Virus record (IMG/VR): IMGVR_UViG_3300007625_000001
DNA from: an uncultured virus (IMG/VR IMGVR_UViG_3300007625_000001)
Taxonomy: Duplodnaviria > Heunggongvirae > Uroviricota > Caudoviricetes
Strand: one strand, 5' to 3'
Length of the DNA: 64,000 nucleotides
Shown: positions 9,232 to 16,345 of the stretch, in pieces
Layout of the letters: the number at the start of each line of letters is the position of its first letter
How positions within the stretch are numbered: position 1 is the first letter of the stretch
Translations under genes and position numbers: made by a program
Notes under the pieces: generated by a model
Databases searched by the model: none
The model's input: the letters and a program-made list of their open reading frames with translations, nothing else
Told to the model about the DNA's origin: nothing

Positions 9232-9881
9232 TGCCAACATTTATACATCATGATCTTCCCAAATTGGAACGTACCGACTCTAACCAAGTTAGACTTTACA
9301 AAACCCCGTCGGGTCGAGCCTATCCAAGCATCACCACCATTACAGGACTCCACTCAAAACAAGGAATCCTCGAATGGCGAAAAAGAGTCGGAGAAGCAGA
9401 AGCAAATAGAATCTCCAGCCAAGCAAGTAAACGTGGAACAAAAGTCCATGGATATTGTGAATCATATCTCCGCAGTGAACTCTGTGAACCTGACACGTTC
9501 GATTCAGAGATATTTGGAAGAATTAGACCCTACCTCGAAAAAATAGATAACATACATGCATTAGAAACACCATTGTATTCTGATCATCTTGAGGTTGCTG
9601 GGACTGTTGATTGTATTGCTGAGTATGAAGGTAAACTTTCAGTTATTGATTTTAAAACTTCAAGCAAACCAAAGACTAGAGATCACATCCATGGCTATTT
9701 TATGCAGACTGCAGCATATGCTGTGGCATTCGAAGAACTAACAGGAATTCCAGTAGGAAGACTGGTTATCATAATGGGTATAGACGATAATCCGACAAAA
9801 ATATTTGTCGAAAAAAGAGATGACTGGATCGATGGATTTAAAAGTCTAAGATTAGAATATAAAAGTAAACATGGAATCTAA
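9231..9881 (+). CDS. PD-(D/E)XK exonuclease
   Basis: YPSITT, RGTKVH, AGTVDC, IDFKTS, Q.AAYA motifs. Confidence 0.85.
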   Translation: MPTFIHHDLPKLERTDSNQVRLYKTPSGRAYPSITTITGLHSKQGILEWRKRVGEAEANRISSQASKRGTKVHGYCESYLRSELCEPDTFDSEIFGRIRPYLEKIDNIHALETPLYSDHLEVAGTVDCIAEYEGKLSVIDFKTSSKPKTRDHIHGYFMQTAAYAVAFEELTGIPVGRLVIIMGIDDNPTKIFVEKRDDWIDGFKSLRLEYKSKHGI

Positions 9882-10338
9882 TATTAATTTTTTTGAGCAT
9901 GTATTATCTAATGATGACTGTCAGACATTAATAAATTATTTACTAAATGATACTCCATCAGCAGTTTCATTAGATTATAATAATTTAAAAAGAACACGAG
10001 TATTAGAGCATTACATTGTTATTGATCTAAGTAAAAAATTAAATATCAATTTTGATCGAGCGTTTTTAATGCATTATAATGCAGGAATTGGTTCCGTATT
10101 ACATAATGATAACTATTCGATTGAAGAATCACGAGAAGTATTTAATGCATGGAAATCTTCTGCTGTTGTGTTTTTAAATCAAGAATTCGATGGTGGAGAA
10201 TTGATTTATCCAAATCAGGGGATTACTATAAAACCAGTAACAGGTAATATGGTAATTGCACCAGCAGATGAAAGCGCACCACACTTCGTGAGTCCATCAT
10301 CTTCAGATAGATATGTATTAGTATTAAGAATTATTTGA
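9871..10338 (+). CDS. 2OG-Fe(II) oxygenase
   Basis: LHND, FLNQEFDGGEL.YP, PHFV, DRYVL. Confidence 0.8.
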   Translation: MESNINFFEHVLSNDDCQTLINYLLNDTPSAVSLDYNNLKRTRVLEHYIVIDLSKKLNINFDRAFLMHYNAGIGSVLHNDNYSIEESREVFNAWKSSAVVFLNQEFDGGELIYPNQGITIKPVTGNMVIAPADESAPHFVSPSSSDRYVLVLRII

Positions 10339-10363
10339 CACGTAAGAATATATAATGTATAAT
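10335..10363 (+). promoter_or_regulatory. sigma70-type promoter of the tmRNA gene (TTGACA-N17-TATAAT)
   Basis: Perfect consensus; predicted start near A10370. Confidence 0.85.
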
Positions 10364-10369
10364 TGTGAT

Positions 10370-10706
10370 ATTGCTGTATGAAGCAAAGAGAAAAGTGTTC
10401 TGGACGGGAGTTCGATTCTCCCCACCTCCACCAAAAAGATAATTATGAAAAATAGATATACCGCATTGTGTCCAACTTGTTTTATTAGATTTCAGTGGAT
10501 AAAGGACAATGGGTTATCGAAACATAAGTGTCTTTCTGATGGGGGTGACTAGGTTTCGACAGGGCAACAAGTAAATGCGTGGACAGCACGAGACAGATAC
10601 TCGTTAAAAGTAAAAAACCGTAAACGCAAACGACGCACAGTTCGCATTAGCAGCCTAAACACTGCTTAGGGTTTCGGTAGGTTTCCTCGTAACAGAATAA
10701 CCTACC
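10370..10706 (+). ncRNA. ssrA: circularly permuted (two-piece) tmRNA, tag ANDAQFALAA
   Basis: T-arm GGGAG-TTCGATT-CTCCC (10406-10422) and CACCTCC-A-CCA (10423-10433) come BEFORE the 5' strand GGGGGTG (10541-10547; gives the G3.U70 Ala identity pair); tag codons GCA AAC GAC GCA CAG TTC GCA TTA GCA GCC TAA at 10626-10658. Outer ends approximate. Confidence 0.92.
10445..10552 (+). CDS. putative 35-aa CxxC..HxC peptide within the tmRNA intervening segment
   Basis: MKNRYTALCPTCFIRFQWIKDNGLSKHKCLSDGGD*; no clear SD. Confidence 0.4.
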   Translation: MKNRYTALCPTCFIRFQWIKDNGLSKHKCLSDGGD

Positions 10707-10777
10707 ACTTTATTATGCCAGCCACGTAGTGTGCCAGCCATATAATTTTAACCTTATTACAACTTATAGGAAAATAA

Positions 10778-11341
10778 ATGAAATTGAAACTTATCACTGC
10801 TGCTTCTCTAGTAGCATTCTCTGCAATGGCAAGCGCACAGTCATCTGTAACTGCAACATATGGTGTTAAAGAAGCAAATGTTACAAGTGTGCAGAGCCAT
10901 GTAACGAACATGTCTGTTAAGACTCGTGCATTTACCAATGTCGATCTTGATGCAGGTATCAATACTGAAACTGCTGACGTAGCACGCACTGTTACAAATC
11001 GTTATGAAATTGGTGTATCTACAGGAATGGATCTAACTTCATTTCTTCGTGGTGATGTTCGTCTTGGTACTGGTATGAAGCAAAAATCAGGTGTTCAAGA
11101 CTTTGGTTACTACTCTGTAGAACCTGGAGTTACTGCAAAGTTTGGTGATATTAGCACACGTGTAGCATATCGCTATCGTACTGCATATGACTCAAATGTT
11201 AATGCTGATACTAGTCAAACTATGCGTTATAGCGTAGGTTATGCATTAACTAAGAAAGATGCTATCCGACTTGGATATGATGTTCAAAGTGGTGATGGTG
11301 CTAACAAGCAAACTACTATCGCTTACACTCGCTCATTCTAA
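10778..11341 (+). CDS. outer-membrane beta-barrel protein with signal peptide
   Basis: Sec signal MKLKLITAASLVAFSAMASA; alternating amphipathic strands; C-terminal AYTRSF (BAM beta-signal-like). Confidence 0.8.
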   Translation: MKLKLITAASLVAFSAMASAQSSVTATYGVKEANVTSVQSHVTNMSVKTRAFTNVDLDAGINTETADVARTVTNRYEIGVSTGMDLTSFLRGDVRLGTGMKQKSGVQDFGYYSVEPGVTAKFGDISTRVAYRYRTAYDSNVNADTSQTMRYSVGYALTKKDAIRLGYDVQSGDGANKQTTIAYTRSF

Positions 11342-11344
11342 TTT

Positions 11345-11373
11345 AAGAGTTGATGGTCTCTTTAAAACCATCA
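11345..11373 (+). ncRNA. H-type RNA pseudoknot, copy 1
   Basis: AAGAG/CTCTT and TGATGG/CCATCA with 1-nt L1 and TAAAA L3. Confidence 0.55.
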
Positions 11374-11488
11374 TGGATTAGTGAAGTCTTCGCTTGATGT
11401 TAGCAACCGATCACCCAATGGTATCTTGTACTAACTTATAGTGGCAACATTAATATTGTCAATTTATTTTTAATTGTTAGGATATGAT

Positions 11489-11725
11489 ATGAAATCACTT
11501 ATCGCATTGGTAGCATTGGCATTCGCATCACTTTCTTTTGCAGCTGAACCTGTTAAGAAAGAAGAATCAAAGGCTCCAGCAAAAACTGAAGCAAACTGCG
11601 TAACTAAAGATAAATCTGGTAAGTGTCCACCTGCTCCAAAGTCTGAAAAGCCTACTCCTAAAAAAGTAGAACATAAAGACGAAAAGAAAGCAGACGCACC
11701 AAAAGCAGAAGCCGTAAAGAAGTAA
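11489..11725 (+). CDS. small secreted Lys/Ala/Pro-rich protein
   Basis: Signal peptide MKSLIALVALAFASLSFA; low-complexity mature part with one Cys pair. Confidence 0.75.
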   Translation: MKSLIALVALAFASLSFAAEPVKKEESKAPAKTEANCVTKDKSGKCPPAPKSEKPTPKKVEHKDEKKADAPKAEAVKK

Positions 11726-11748
11726 CAATTCCTAAATAATTGTTACAG

Positions 11749-11777
11749 TGGGTTGAAGGATCCCAATAAAACCTTCA
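11749..11777 (+). ncRNA. H-type RNA pseudoknot, copy 2
   Basis: TGGG/CCCA and TGAAGG/CCTTCA with 1-nt L1 and ATAAAA L3. Confidence 0.55.
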
Positions 11778-11807
11778 TTTTACACACACAACACAAAGGA
11801 GTATTTT

Positions 11808-12083
11808 ATGTCAAATCTGACACCATTCGAAATTCGTCTTGAACTATTAAAAATGGCCAAAGACATGTTAAATGATGATTATTATGGGAAGCGTGAGGTT
11901 ATTAGCAATGTTTGGCAATCCAAACTAGAAATTGCTAAAATCAATGGTGGTGAGTTGCCCGAACATCCAGGGTTTCCAACTTATCCATCAGAAGCTGAAA
12001 TCATTTCAAAAGCACAAGTGCTTAATGGTTTCGTTTCAAACATCCCAAATATAGATACAAAGACTAGCAAAAAGTCTGCCTGA
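11808..12083 (+). CDS. conserved phage hypothetical protein
   Basis: AAGGAG SD; TPFEIRLELLKMAKDML...YPSE.EII.KA..LNGFVS. Confidence 0.8.
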   Translation: MSNLTPFEIRLELLKMAKDMLNDDYYGKREVISNVWQSKLEIAKINGGELPEHPGFPTYPSEAEIISKAQVLNGFVSNIPNIDTKTSKKSA

Positions 12084-12092
12084 TCGGGATAG

Positions 12093-12115
12093 GAGAAGTG
12101 CATTTTGCACTTCTC
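12093..12115 (+). terminator. stem-loop, possible terminator
   Basis: GAGAAGTGCA-TTT-TGCACTTCTC after the stop of the 11808 gene; weak U-tract. Confidence 0.45.
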
Positions 12116-12136
12116 TCTAACTTTAAAAGGAGAACT

Positions 12137-12697
12137 ATGCGACAATATCGTTTATATGTTCCAATCATACTATTAATACTATGTTTAAGTTTTTATTTGA
12201 ATTCAGTACTATCAAGTAAAGACATTTATTTAAAGATTAACTATTCACAGTTAACACCAGAATCTCAAGAACAAGTGCGTTGTCTTGCAGACAACATTTA
12301 TTATGAGGCTGGCTATGAGCCAGATGATGGTAAACTTGCAGTCGCACTCGTCACAATGAATCGTTTACAAGATCCAAGATATCCAAAAGATATTTGCTCT
12401 GTAGTCAAACAAAAGGTAAGATCAACATGTCAGTTTAGTTGGTTCTGCGAAAACGTAAAAGCCAAAAGAAATGAAGTATACAATAAAGCAATGGAAGTTG
12501 CTCTTGATGTCTATGCTAATTATGAGAAGCTGACAGACATCACGTATGGTGCATTATTTTATCATGCTGATTACGTCAATCCAAGATGGAAGTTAGAAAA
12601 GACGACTGTTATCGGTAGACATATTTTTTATAAAGAAAGTGAAGGAAAAGATGATGCAAAAAATGAACATTCAACTAAAGGAAGATCAGTCTTCTAA
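12137..12697 (+). CDS. SleB/Hydrolase_2 cell wall hydrolase with N-terminal anchor
   Basis: CLADNIYYEA..E...G.LAVA.VT.NR, CQFSW, GALFYHADYV.P.W, IGRHIFY; AGGAG SD before ATG 12137. Confidence 0.9.
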   Translation: MRQYRLYVPIILLILCLSFYLNSVLSSKDIYLKINYSQLTPESQEQVRCLADNIYYEAGYEPDDGKLAVALVTMNRLQDPRYPKDICSVVKQKVRSTCQFSWFCENVKAKRNEVYNKAMEVALDVYANYEKLTDITYGALFYHADYVNPRWKLEKTTVIGRHIFYKESEGKDDAKNEHSTKGRSVF

Positions 12698-13211
12698 ACA
12701 TTCCTTCTTCTTACTAATGGAAGAAGTTACGTTGACTAGTGTGAAACAAGCAGTTGAGTGGATATTCGAAGCCAACTTCTCTGAAGAACCACCTGAACTA
12801 ATGAATTTAATCATTACAAGTCCAGGTGGTGATTTAAATGCTGCATTTGCATTGATTGATACTATTCGTGGTTCTTCAATTCCAGTTAGAACAATTGGAC
12901 TTGGACAAGTTGCCTCAGCAGGATTGATGATCTTTATTGCAGGACATAAAGGACATCGTCTGCTGACACCAAATACATCAATACTCTCGCATCAATACTC
13001 TTGGGGTGCGTTTGGTAAAGAACATGAACTGTTCGCTACTGTGAAAGAGTTTGATTTAACTACCAAGAAGATGATTTCCCATTACAAAAAATGTACTGGG
13101 TTATCAGAAACAAAAATTCGAGAAGTGCTATTGCCACCTCAGGATATCTGGCTTAGTGCTATCGAAGCAAAAAAGTTAGGACTCTGCGATGACATTAAAG
13201 AACTTTCTTAA
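12651..13211 (+). CDS. clpP: ClpP-like protease subunit
   Basis: ITSPGGD, G.VASAG (catalytic Ser), ILSHQ (His), WLSA.EAK.LGL.D. Confidence 0.88.
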   Translation: MMQKMNIQLKEDQSSKHSFFLLMEEVTLTSVKQAVEWIFEANFSEEPPELMNLIITSPGGDLNAAFALIDTIRGSSIPVRTIGLGQVASAGLMIFIAGHKGHRLLTPNTSILSHQYSWGAFGKEHELFATVKEFDLTTKKMISHYKKCTGLSETKIREVLLPPQDIWLSAIEAKKLGLCDDIKELS

Positions 13212-13380
13212 TTATTGTAAGTATTCTGGTGTATGGATTTCTCTCACATTAAATCCATATCACTGGAGATTATCATTTGACTACACAAAACCAGATGATA
13301 TGGATCCAAGTTTATATTCTATCCATATCAGCATTGCGCCATTATCAATAAAATTTGTATTGGATGATGGATCATGGTAA
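13189..13380 (+). CDS. hypothetical protein
   Basis: ORF track; NPYHW and DDGSW motifs. Confidence 0.65.
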   Translation: MTLKNFLNYCKYSGVWISLTLNPYHWRLSFDYTKPDDMDPSLYSIHISIAPLSIKFVLDDGSW

Positions 13381-13430
13381 CAGGAATTTTTACAAAACTT
13401 AAACCACCTTCTTTTTTAAAGGAACTTATT

Positions 13431-13670
13431 ATGTCAGATAATGTTTTTATCATTTCAATTGCACTTGCTGTTTTGACTGCGATTTGCGCACTTGGTCATG
13501 ATTCATATGTTTCAACAAAATCTATTGAAAGAAACATTGAATCCGCTATCGTTAAAGGTATCGATCCATTAGCTGTTCGTTGTGCTTATGCTAAACGAGA
13601 TGACACTATTTGTATCGTTTATGCATCTTCACACAACTCACCCTCCAGTTTGTCTAGTTCTAAAAAGTAA
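13431..13670 (+). CDS. small membrane-anchored protein
   Basis: AAGGA SD before ATG 13431; N-terminal TM segment; KGIDPLAVRCAY. Confidence 0.7.
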   Translation: MSDNVFIISIALAVLTAICALGHDSYVSTKSIERNIESAIVKGIDPLAVRCAYAKRDDTICIVYASSHNSPSSLSSSKK

Positions 13671-13689
13671 TACTTTAGGATTCTAGCCG

Positions 13690-13718
13690 ATACCCCTCAT
13701 CTTTTGAGGGGTATTTTT
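13690..13718 (+). terminator. intrinsic terminator
   Basis: ATACCCCTCA-TCTTT-TGAGGGGTAT followed by TTTT. Confidence 0.85.
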
Positions 13719-13726
13719 CCTTGTAG

Positions 13727-13787
13727 AATCAACAACTTACCCTCTCTCCAGAAAGTTGTTGTCTTTAATCGACCTTTGGAGCATAAT
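13727..13787 (+). promoter_or_regulatory. sigma70-type promoter TTGTCT-N17-CATAAT with upstream IHF-consensus site and 9-bp inverted repeat
   Basis: AATCAACAACTTA (13727-13739) fits WATCAANNNNTTR; CAACAACTT/AAGTTGTTG inverted repeat overlaps the -35 box. Confidence 0.6.
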
Positions 13788-13817
13788 ATATCTTATAGTG
13801 AATGAGAAAGGTTTATT

Positions 13818-13991
13818 ATGAGTCGAATGGCTGAATTAGACATGGAAATAAACGATGCGTTAGATGCACATCGTGGTCCAGAAAATTGGATGTCCTGCGA
13901 GGAAATTGCATTTCAATTGGAAATTCCAGTTGAGTTGGTGCATCAGGTTGTTGAAAACAGATGGAACATTTTGATTGGAGAATCAGTATGA
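13818..13991 (+). CDS. small helix-turn-helix-like protein (57 aa)
   Basis: Hand translation ...MSCEEIAFQLEIPVELVHQVVE...; ATGA overlap with next gene. Not in ORF track. Confidence 0.6.
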   Translation: MSRMAELDMEINDALDAHRGPENWMSCEEIAFQLEIPVELVHQVVENRWNILIGESV

Positions 13992-14689
13992 GTTTACTTA
14001 CAGTCGGCAACCCAAAATTGCTTAAAGGTGAGAAGAAAGGCTATTTGTCTTCTGTTCTACACTTTGCGCCAGCAACTCTTTCTGGTAAAGAAGTCTGCCC
14101 CAAGCGCACAGCTGGATGTACTGCTGCATGTTTGAATACTGCTGGTCGTGGTGGCATCTTCAAGAAAGGTGAAACCACCAATGTGATTCAAAAAGCACGG
14201 ATCCGTAAGACCAAAGCATTCTTCGAAAATCGTCAAGCATTTCTCAATGAGTTGACTGTTGAGATTATCAAAACAAAAACCAAAGCAGAAAAACAAGGAC
14301 TGATTCCAGTCTTTCGTTTGAATGGCACTTCAGATCTCGCATGGGAAAAGTATGAAGTTGCAAATGGTAAAAACATTTTCCAAATGTTTCCAGAAGTGCA
14401 ATTTTACGATTACACCAAAATCAACAATCGCAAAGTTGCACACATTCCAAACTACCACCTGACTTTCTCTAAAGCAGATGGAAACGATATGGATACTCGA
14501 CTTGCAATTTCAAATGGTATGAATGTCGCAGTTGTATTCCACAAAGTGCCAGAGAACTATCTTGGTCGTCCAGTTATCAATGGCGATGAGACTGATCTTC
14601 GTTTCTTGGATCCTAAAGGTGTTATCGTTGGTCTCAAAGCCAAAGGTAAAGCCAAGAAGGATCTTTCTGGATTCGTAGTTACTGCTTGA
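13988..14689 (+). CDS. Gp88-like Cys-cluster protein (radical-SAM-related fold inferred)
   Basis: CP....GC...CLN.AGRG, RLNGTSD..WE, QFYDYTK, NYHLTFS, GDETDLRF.D; GGAG SD before ATG 13988. Confidence 0.7.
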   Translation: MSLLTVGNPKLLKGEKKGYLSSVLHFAPATLSGKEVCPKRTAGCTAACLNTAGRGGIFKKGETTNVIQKARIRKTKAFFENRQAFLNELTVEIIKTKTKAEKQGLIPVFRLNGTSDLAWEKYEVANGKNIFQMFPEVQFYDYTKINNRKVAHIPNYHLTFSKADGNDMDTRLAISNGMNVAVVFHKVPENYLGRPVINGDETDLRFLDPKGVIVGLKAKGKAKKDLSGFVVTA

Positions 14690-14714
14690 CATTAATTCAT
14701 AATTAGAGTATAAT
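14686..14714 (+). promoter_or_regulatory. sigma70-type promoter TTGACA-N17-TATAAT
   Basis: Perfect consensus; ATG 7 nt downstream. Confidence 0.85.
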
Positions 14715-14721
14715 AGAACTT

Positions 14722-15066
14722 ATGCAGATGCTACATACATCACTTGGTAAAACCAAGAAGAAGAAACCGACTGCCAAACAACGAGAGTTGCAGTCGTCGT
14801 GGGAAACCATGTTAAAGAAGTATGCCACAAAGACGATTGCACCTAAACAACAATCACTCAGTGAAGTATACTCGCTCGGGAGACCTGCTGGTCGGGAGAC
14901 CCCTAAGATTCCGAGTCTTCCATTCAGTGGTGCACCATGCACTAAAAAAGACTCACCAGTCTACACTGGATCTCTAATTAAGGGTATTGGTACTATGCAC
15001 AAATCAAATGCCATACCAATTTTTAGTGATGAACAAGCAGTTGAAATTGCAACAATGAGGAGATGA
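14722..15066 (+). CDS. basic conserved phage hypothetical protein
   Basis: YTG..IKGIGTMHKSNA.P...MRR C-terminus recalled from T4-like phages. Confidence 0.75.
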   Translation: MQMLHTSLGKTKKKKPTAKQRELQSSWETMLKKYATKTIAPKQQSLSEVYSLGRPAGRETPKIPSLPFSGAPCTKKDSPVYTGSLIKGIGTMHKSNAIPIFSDEQAVEIATMRR

Positions 15067-15067
15067 T

Positions 15068-15706
15068 ATGAAAGTGTTCTCTGCATTCCCAACTCCGATA
15101 TATATTAATAATATTGAATACGATAATGATCTACTTAATACTGTGAAAACCTATGACTATGAATCATTTCACTCTAAAGAACTATCTGGTCGTTACACAG
15201 TATCTAAAAATATATTAGATAAATCTGAGTTGAAATTTTTAAGAACAATTATTGAACAAAATTATAATACACTTTTTTATGATATACTTGGCTTTAATAA
15301 AGAAATTGAATTTAGAATAGCAACATCTTGGGTAGTTAAATTAGAACCACAAGATTTTGGACACAAGCACTATCATTGCAATAGTTTTTTTAGTGGAGTG
15401 CTCTATTTGGAAGTTGATGAGACCACTAGTCCCATCGTCTTTTATAGAAATACATCAAACATAAATGAAATGGGTAATCCAGTTATAATTGAAATTCCAT
15501 TTGATGAAGACTTCTATTATAATGAATTTAATTCGCCATCTTGGAAATATCAACCAAAGAAGGGTGATTTGATTTTATTTCCATCTAATTTGGCTCATAT
15601 GATGCCAGAAAATAGTTCTAACATCACAAGATATTCACTGGCATTTAATATATTTCCTTATGGAATATTCGGTAAAAATACTGAAAACGCATTGGAGTTA
15701 AAATGA
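15068..15706 (+). CDS. putative 2OG-Fe(II) oxygenase (TIGR02466-like)
   Basis: FPTP start, HYH.NS.FSGVLY, LILFPS.L.H, RYSLAFN. Confidence 0.8.
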   Translation: MKVFSAFPTPIYINNIEYDNDLLNTVKTYDYESFHSKELSGRYTVSKNILDKSELKFLRTIIEQNYNTLFYDILGFNKEIEFRIATSWVVKLEPQDFGHKHYHCNSFFSGVLYLEVDETTSPIVFYRNTSNINEMGNPVIIEIPFDEDFYYNEFNSPSWKYQPKKGDLILFPSNLAHMMPENSSNITRYSLAFNIFPYGIFGKNTENALELK

Positions 15707-15891
15707 AAACTTTACAACAACAAGAAACTGAAGCAGTCTTAGCAATGGGCGAGCAGTTAAAAATTTATGAACAACAAATTGATGTTCTCAAGAAACGAAT
15801 CGAGAAACTTGAGTCTGATAATGAAGCCTTAGTTATGGATGTTGCATTCTATGGTGGTAACTTGCTTAACTTGTCTTGCAATAATAAATAA
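15703..15891 (+). CDS. coiled-coil hypothetical protein
   Basis: ORF track; GGAG SD. Confidence 0.65.
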   Translation: MKTLQQQETEAVLAMGEQLKIYEQQIDVLKKRIEKLESDNEALVMDVAFYGGNLLNLSCNNK

Positions 15892-15899
15892 GGTATAAT
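15871..15899 (+). promoter_or_regulatory. sigma70-type promoter TTGTCT-N17-TATAAT
   Basis: Same TTGTCT -35 variant as at 2669 and 13759; upstream of gp33-gp59-gp32. Confidence 0.6.
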
Positions 15900-15900
15900 T

Positions 15901-16137
15901 ATGAATAACTTTGAACTGGCTAACCTACACTTCAAATATCAAGATCTGCAATTAGAGGTTATGAAATTGGATAAATTTTTCACGATGTACTTAGATAAAT
16001 TTTCTAAAAAATTAGATCCTGAAAAACCAAATACTCCAATCTGGAAATTATACAAACAAAAAACGAAAGAATATCATGATCTTTGCAGAGAACTTCGAAT
16101 CACCGACTACTACATTAAAAGAAAAACCAATGTTTAA
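15901..16137 (+). CDS. hypothetical protein
   Basis: ORF track; start uncertain (only 1 nt after a -10 box). Confidence 0.65.
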   Translation: MNNFELANLHFKYQDLQLEVMKLDKFFTMYLDKFSKKLDPEKPNTPIWKLYKQKTKEYHDLCRELRITDYYIKRKTNV

Positions 16138-16345
16138 AACAGCCAACGAATTTTCAATGCATATTGAAGAAATTGTTCGTGATAAGAGATTGTCTTATAT
16201 GGATGCTGTCTTGGAATACTGCAAAGAAAATTATTTGGAACCAGCAGATGTTGCATCTCTGATAAATAAATCTCTAAAGGATAAGATTGAAATGGATTTT
16301 AGAGAGTTGAACTATCTACCTAAACAGGCAAAATTGGATGTGTGA
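16130..16345 (+). CDS. gp33: late promoter transcription coactivator
   Basis: F...IE.IV.....SYMDAVL.YC..N.LE...VA.LI.KSLK.KIE; synteny with gp59 and gp32. Confidence 0.85.
   Translation: MFKTANEFSMHIEEIVRDKRLSYMDAVLEYCKENYLEPADVASLINKSLKDKIEMDFRELNYLPKQAKLDV

Noticed and set aside
10401..10433. tRNA gene or integration-site remnant (T-arm plus CCA)
   Set aside because: No anticodon arm upstream; it pairs with GGGGGTG at 10541 and is followed by a tag frame, so it is the acceptor piece of a permuted tmRNA.
11345..11777. preQ1-I riboswitch or type III antitoxin identity for the pseudoknots
   Set aside because: Topology is similar, but I cannot see the preQ1 loop consensus, no queuosine genes are adjacent, and there is no tandem array or toxin gene.
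12651..13211. ClpP as prohead maturation protease
   Set aside because: Not adjacent to portal or capsid genes; T4-like phages use gp21, which would lie beyond the window. Not fully excluded.
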